Shown here: positions 60,497-64,000 of the stretch, one piece after another
Layout: every line of letters starts with the position of its first letter
Position numbering within the stretch: position 1 is the stretch's first letter
Assembly (NCBI RefSeq): GCF_902652985.1
Contig: NC_047026.1
Location: 21,762,001 to 21,826,000, forward strand
Length of the DNA stretch: 64,000 bases
Direction: 5' to 3'
Source: Pecten maximus
Taxonomy: Eukaryota
Position numbers and translations under genes: made by a program
Notes under the pieces: model-generated
The model's input: the letters and a program-made list of their open reading frames with translations, nothing else
Told to the model about the DNA's origin: nothing
Databases searched by the model: none

Positions 60497-62837
60497 GTTA
60501 TAACCATATGTCCAAATGATAAGCCTTGGATGAATAACATTATCAGACTGAAAATGAGACAACGTAATAGAATACATAAAAAAAGCAAAACTAACAAATA
60601 ACCCCCACTTTTGGGAGGGATTTAGATTTTTAAGGAATGAAACGTTTGACTTAATTCGTGAAGCAAAGGGGAATTATATTAAAACTCTTGAAAACTCTTT
60701 AAATGAAAACACAGTCCCTTCAGACAAGTGGTGGAAGATAGCAAAGTCTATTACTAACTTCTCAAATAAATCTACATCGATTCCTCCTCTTGAATCCAAT
60801 GAACAACTTATCTGTCATCCTATTGATAAAGCAGAGCTCCTTAACAATCACTTTACTAATATTTCAACATCATCACCTGATCTTGAGTTGCCCCAGACAG
60901 CACAACCATATGCTCTCCACTCCTTAACTAATATTCATGTCACTGAGCAAGATGTAATGTACCAACTTAGTATCCTCAATGTAAACAAACCACCTGGCCC
61001 TGATGGTATTGTTCCTAAAATTGTAAAAAAGCTTAGTAACTATCTTATTCTACCTCTTAGTATTCTTTTCAACAAAACCCTAGAATCAGGAGTACTGCCA
61101 TATAGTTGGAAACAATCAAACATAAATGCTATATATAAAGGAAGTGGGTCATCTAATGATGTTTTAAACTATAGGCCAATATCTATAACTTCATGTTTCA
61201 GTAAAATAATGGAAAAAATTATATTTAAATATCTTTTTAATTATTTAATTGAAAATTCAATCTTAACAAAACACCAGTCTGGTTTTATACCAAGTGATTC
61301 CACAGTTAATCAATTGTTGCTTATTTATAATGAGATATCTAGTAATATGGACAAAGGAAAAGAGATCAGGTTTATTTTCTGTGATGTACGTAAAGCATTT
61401 GACAGAGTCTGGCATGAAGGTCTTATACAGAAGCTTAAAATGTATGGAATTGATGGAAATTTACTTTGATGGTTTCAAAATTATCTCTCAGACAGAATGC
61501 AAAGAGTCTCTACCGAAGGCTATCACTCTCAATTCAAAGTTGTAAATGCAGGGGTACCTCAAGGATCAGTTCTTGGACCTCTTCTCTTTCTCCTCTATAT
61601 AAATGACATCACTGATAATGTTTCAACTAATATCAAACTTTTTGCTGATGATACTTCTTTGTATGTAATAATAGATGATAATCCAGCACAAGCAGCACAA
61701 GCTCTAGCAGATGACCTCTCTAATATTAATGAATGGACAGGTATTTGGGACATTAATTTTAACCCTAACAAAACTAAATCAGTTATCTTTTCAAGAAAAC
61801 ACAACAAAGATCACCCTCCAATAACTTTCCAAAATAGACAAATTACAGACACAACAGTTCACAAACATCTTGGACTTACACTACAAGAAGACGCAACATG
61901 GAAAGAACATATCCTTAATATATATAGAAAAGCATACAGTATATTAAATATTCTTCGATACATAAAATTTAAAGTGAATCGTAAGTCTTTAATCAAAATA
62001 TATACAGCATTTATAAGACCAATTTTAGAATATGCAGACATAATCTGGGATAACTGCACTCACCAATCAAAACAATTATTAGAATCTGCTCAGTTAGAAG
62101 CAGCCAGAATCATTACAGGTCTCAGATCAGGAACATCACACAATAAATTATATGAAGAAATTGGCTGGGAATCTCTATCAGATAGAAGAAATAAACACAA
62201 ACACATAATGATGTACAAAATAATTCATGGACTATCACCACAATACTTACAAGATATCCTTATTCCTTTTATTAACAACCAAAATGATAACCCGTATTCC
62301 CTAAGACAATCACGACTCTTCAATCCTCCTCTATGCAGAACTAACAATTACTTTGACAGTTTCTTCCCCCAAATGTGCCGCATAACTAACAATGCTAATC
62401 CTGACCTCTTCAACTCTTCTTCTCTAGCAGCTTTTAAATGTAAACTTAATAATAATATTAATGCTGAATGCGAATCACTGCAAATTTTCAAATCTGAAGG
62501 AAATAGAAAGGCTAATATCATTATTTGTCAGCTTAGAAATTCATGTAGCAATTTAAATTTTGATTTATTTAATGATCATTTGTTAAACTCTCCCACCTGT
62601 GCCTGTGATATTGAAAATGAAACTGTTTCACATTATTTCTTTGATTGTCCTAGGTATAATGCTATTAGACATTCTCTGTTTACCTCAGTAGATAGTTATG
62701 CAAATCATAACCATTCTAACATCAGCACTTTCTTACAAGGTTGCCCTGACTGTGATAAGTTTGTAAATATACAAATACTAAATGATGTTCAATTGTTCAT
62801 TGGGAAATCGAGACGCTTTAATCTCTATATGCTTTAA
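60497..62837 (+). pseudogene. CR1-type ORF2 fragment (frameshift ~60580, in-frame stop 61467-61469)
   Basis: ORFs 60888..61469 and 61497..62837 are in the same frame, separated by one TGA. Confidence 0.88.
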
Positions 62838-63465
62838 ATATAAGTCATGGTATTATATATTATATATTATATTGTATTGTACTATGTTATATTATTTATA
62901 CCTTAAATTTTAATGAATATGGAGTATGTATGATTATACATGTCCTGAAATATCCCTTCATCTTCATTGGTCACATGTGTCAGCAGTTGAGTTAGTTAAG
63001 TCTTGTATATATATGAAGTATAGCGTCTGCTAAACATTTTGAGTAATAGTAATTTTTTCTGACAATTTTTGATATAATATTTTACATTTATATATATTAT
63101 TTTCGCTTAATTATTGACAGGCACGACCTGTGCATACATGCACATGGACTTTTGGTCAATGCCTGTCAATGAATAATTCTTCTAGATAAAGTTCATCTTA
63201 GATATTATCAAATATTATGTATACATGTATATATAAGCAAAATGTATGAATGATGTGTGAATGTTTATGTTTGAGTTATCTCCCTTAAATGTTAGTTATA
63301 CATGCAATTTTTTCATTTCATAGTCAATTTATATATTAATTTTATATTTATACATTCCAATTGCCACCACAGGAGAAAATTTATATAGGCTTGGCCTGTT
63401 ATTTTATCCTTTTGACAAATAACATCAAATGTCAATAAAATTTGTTGAAATGAAAAAAAAAAAAC
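60497..63465 (+). mobile_element. 5'-truncated CR1-type LINE (RT region and 3' UTR with poly-A); possible 8-bp TSD AAATTGCA
   Basis: DKPWMN..., KPPGPDGI, NYRPISITS, QSGF, DVRKAFDRVWH, AGVPQGSVLGPLLF, LFADD, C-terminal CAC...HYFFDC; AATAAA plus A-tail at 63434-63464; the flanks 60270-60470 and 63475-63650 are diverged copies of one repeat. Confidence 0.9.
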
Positions 63466-63691
63466 AAATTGCACGGCCTTTGACCGCAAGTAATTATCCT
63501 CTATGTTCTACTTAAAAAAAATTCATTAAAATGTTTTTGAGACTTTGCATAAAATATGGTTTTCATTTCATTTTGTAGAACTACTCTCTCAATTTCAAGC
63601 CATTTAGATATTAAGAAACAAATTTTCCACAATTTTCACTTCTTTGGTACTATTGCCACTGTAAGATAGTTAATTTATTATTTATTATTGA

Positions 63692-63910
63692 GGGGCCGCG
63701 GTAGCCGAGTGGTTAAGGTGTCATGACACTTAATATCACTAGCCATCCACCTCTGGGTTGCTAGTTCGAAACCTACGTTGGAAGTTAACTGGCCATGGTA
63801 CTGACCGTAGGCCGGTAAGTGTTTCTCCTGGTACTCAGGCTTTCCTCCACCTCTAAACCTGACACGTCCTTAAATGAACTTAGCTGTTAATAGGACGTTA
63901 AACCAAATAC
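63692..63910 (+). mobile_element. tRNA-derived SINE (V-domain-like)
   Basis: A box TAGCCGAGTGG, B-box-like AGTTCGAAACC, central TTTCTCC.GGTACTC.GGCTTTCCTCCACC, LINE-like 3' tail GCTGTTAATAGGACGTTAAACCAAA. Confidence 0.85.
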
Positions 63911-64000
63911 ACCAAGTATATTAGTATTATATATATAGAAGAAGTATAGTTTGAACAGTTATCCTGCAGAAGAAAAGGGAAGCTGACAATCAGTCCGGAA

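Noticed and set aside
63692-63785. tRNA gene
   Set aside because: A/B boxes are present but there is no proper cloverleaf or acceptor stem, and it continues into a SINE body and tail.

Overview
Eukaryotic (animal, very likely bivalve mollusc, judged from the SINE/LINE/MITE families) genomic DNA, AT-rich and dominated by mobile elements and tandem repeats. (1) 6.1-19.2 kb: a complete minus-strand SLC23/NAT (nucleobase-ascorbate transporter) gene. I reconstructed 11 GT-AG coding exons, 1800 nt, 599 aa. At least four of its introns begin with tandem copies of the upstream exon end plus the 5' splice site; one array preserves a version of the exon that differs only at synonymous sites. (2) 20248-29549: a Polinton/Maverick with AGTAGT termini, ~240-260 bp TIRs and a perfect 6-bp TSD. 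It is only 9.3 kb and encodes only an integrase-chromodomain, a zinc-finger/packaging-ATPase fusion and a zinc-finger/vOTU/VSR-containing protein-primed PolB whose motif B is split by a 238-bp spliceosomal intron. No capsid or adenain protease gene is visible. (3) 29.7-50.5 kb: a 32-bp satellite interrupted by a full-length Gmr1-type Gypsy LTR retrotransposon (PR-IN-RT-RH order, tRNA-Leu PBS, 5-bp TSD) and by an intact two-ORF LINE. (4) 53-64 kb: a 33-bp satellite, a Tc1/mariner-type MITE, a 5'-truncated CR1-type LINE and a tRNA-derived SINE. All coordinates and translations were read by eye and no database searches were run.
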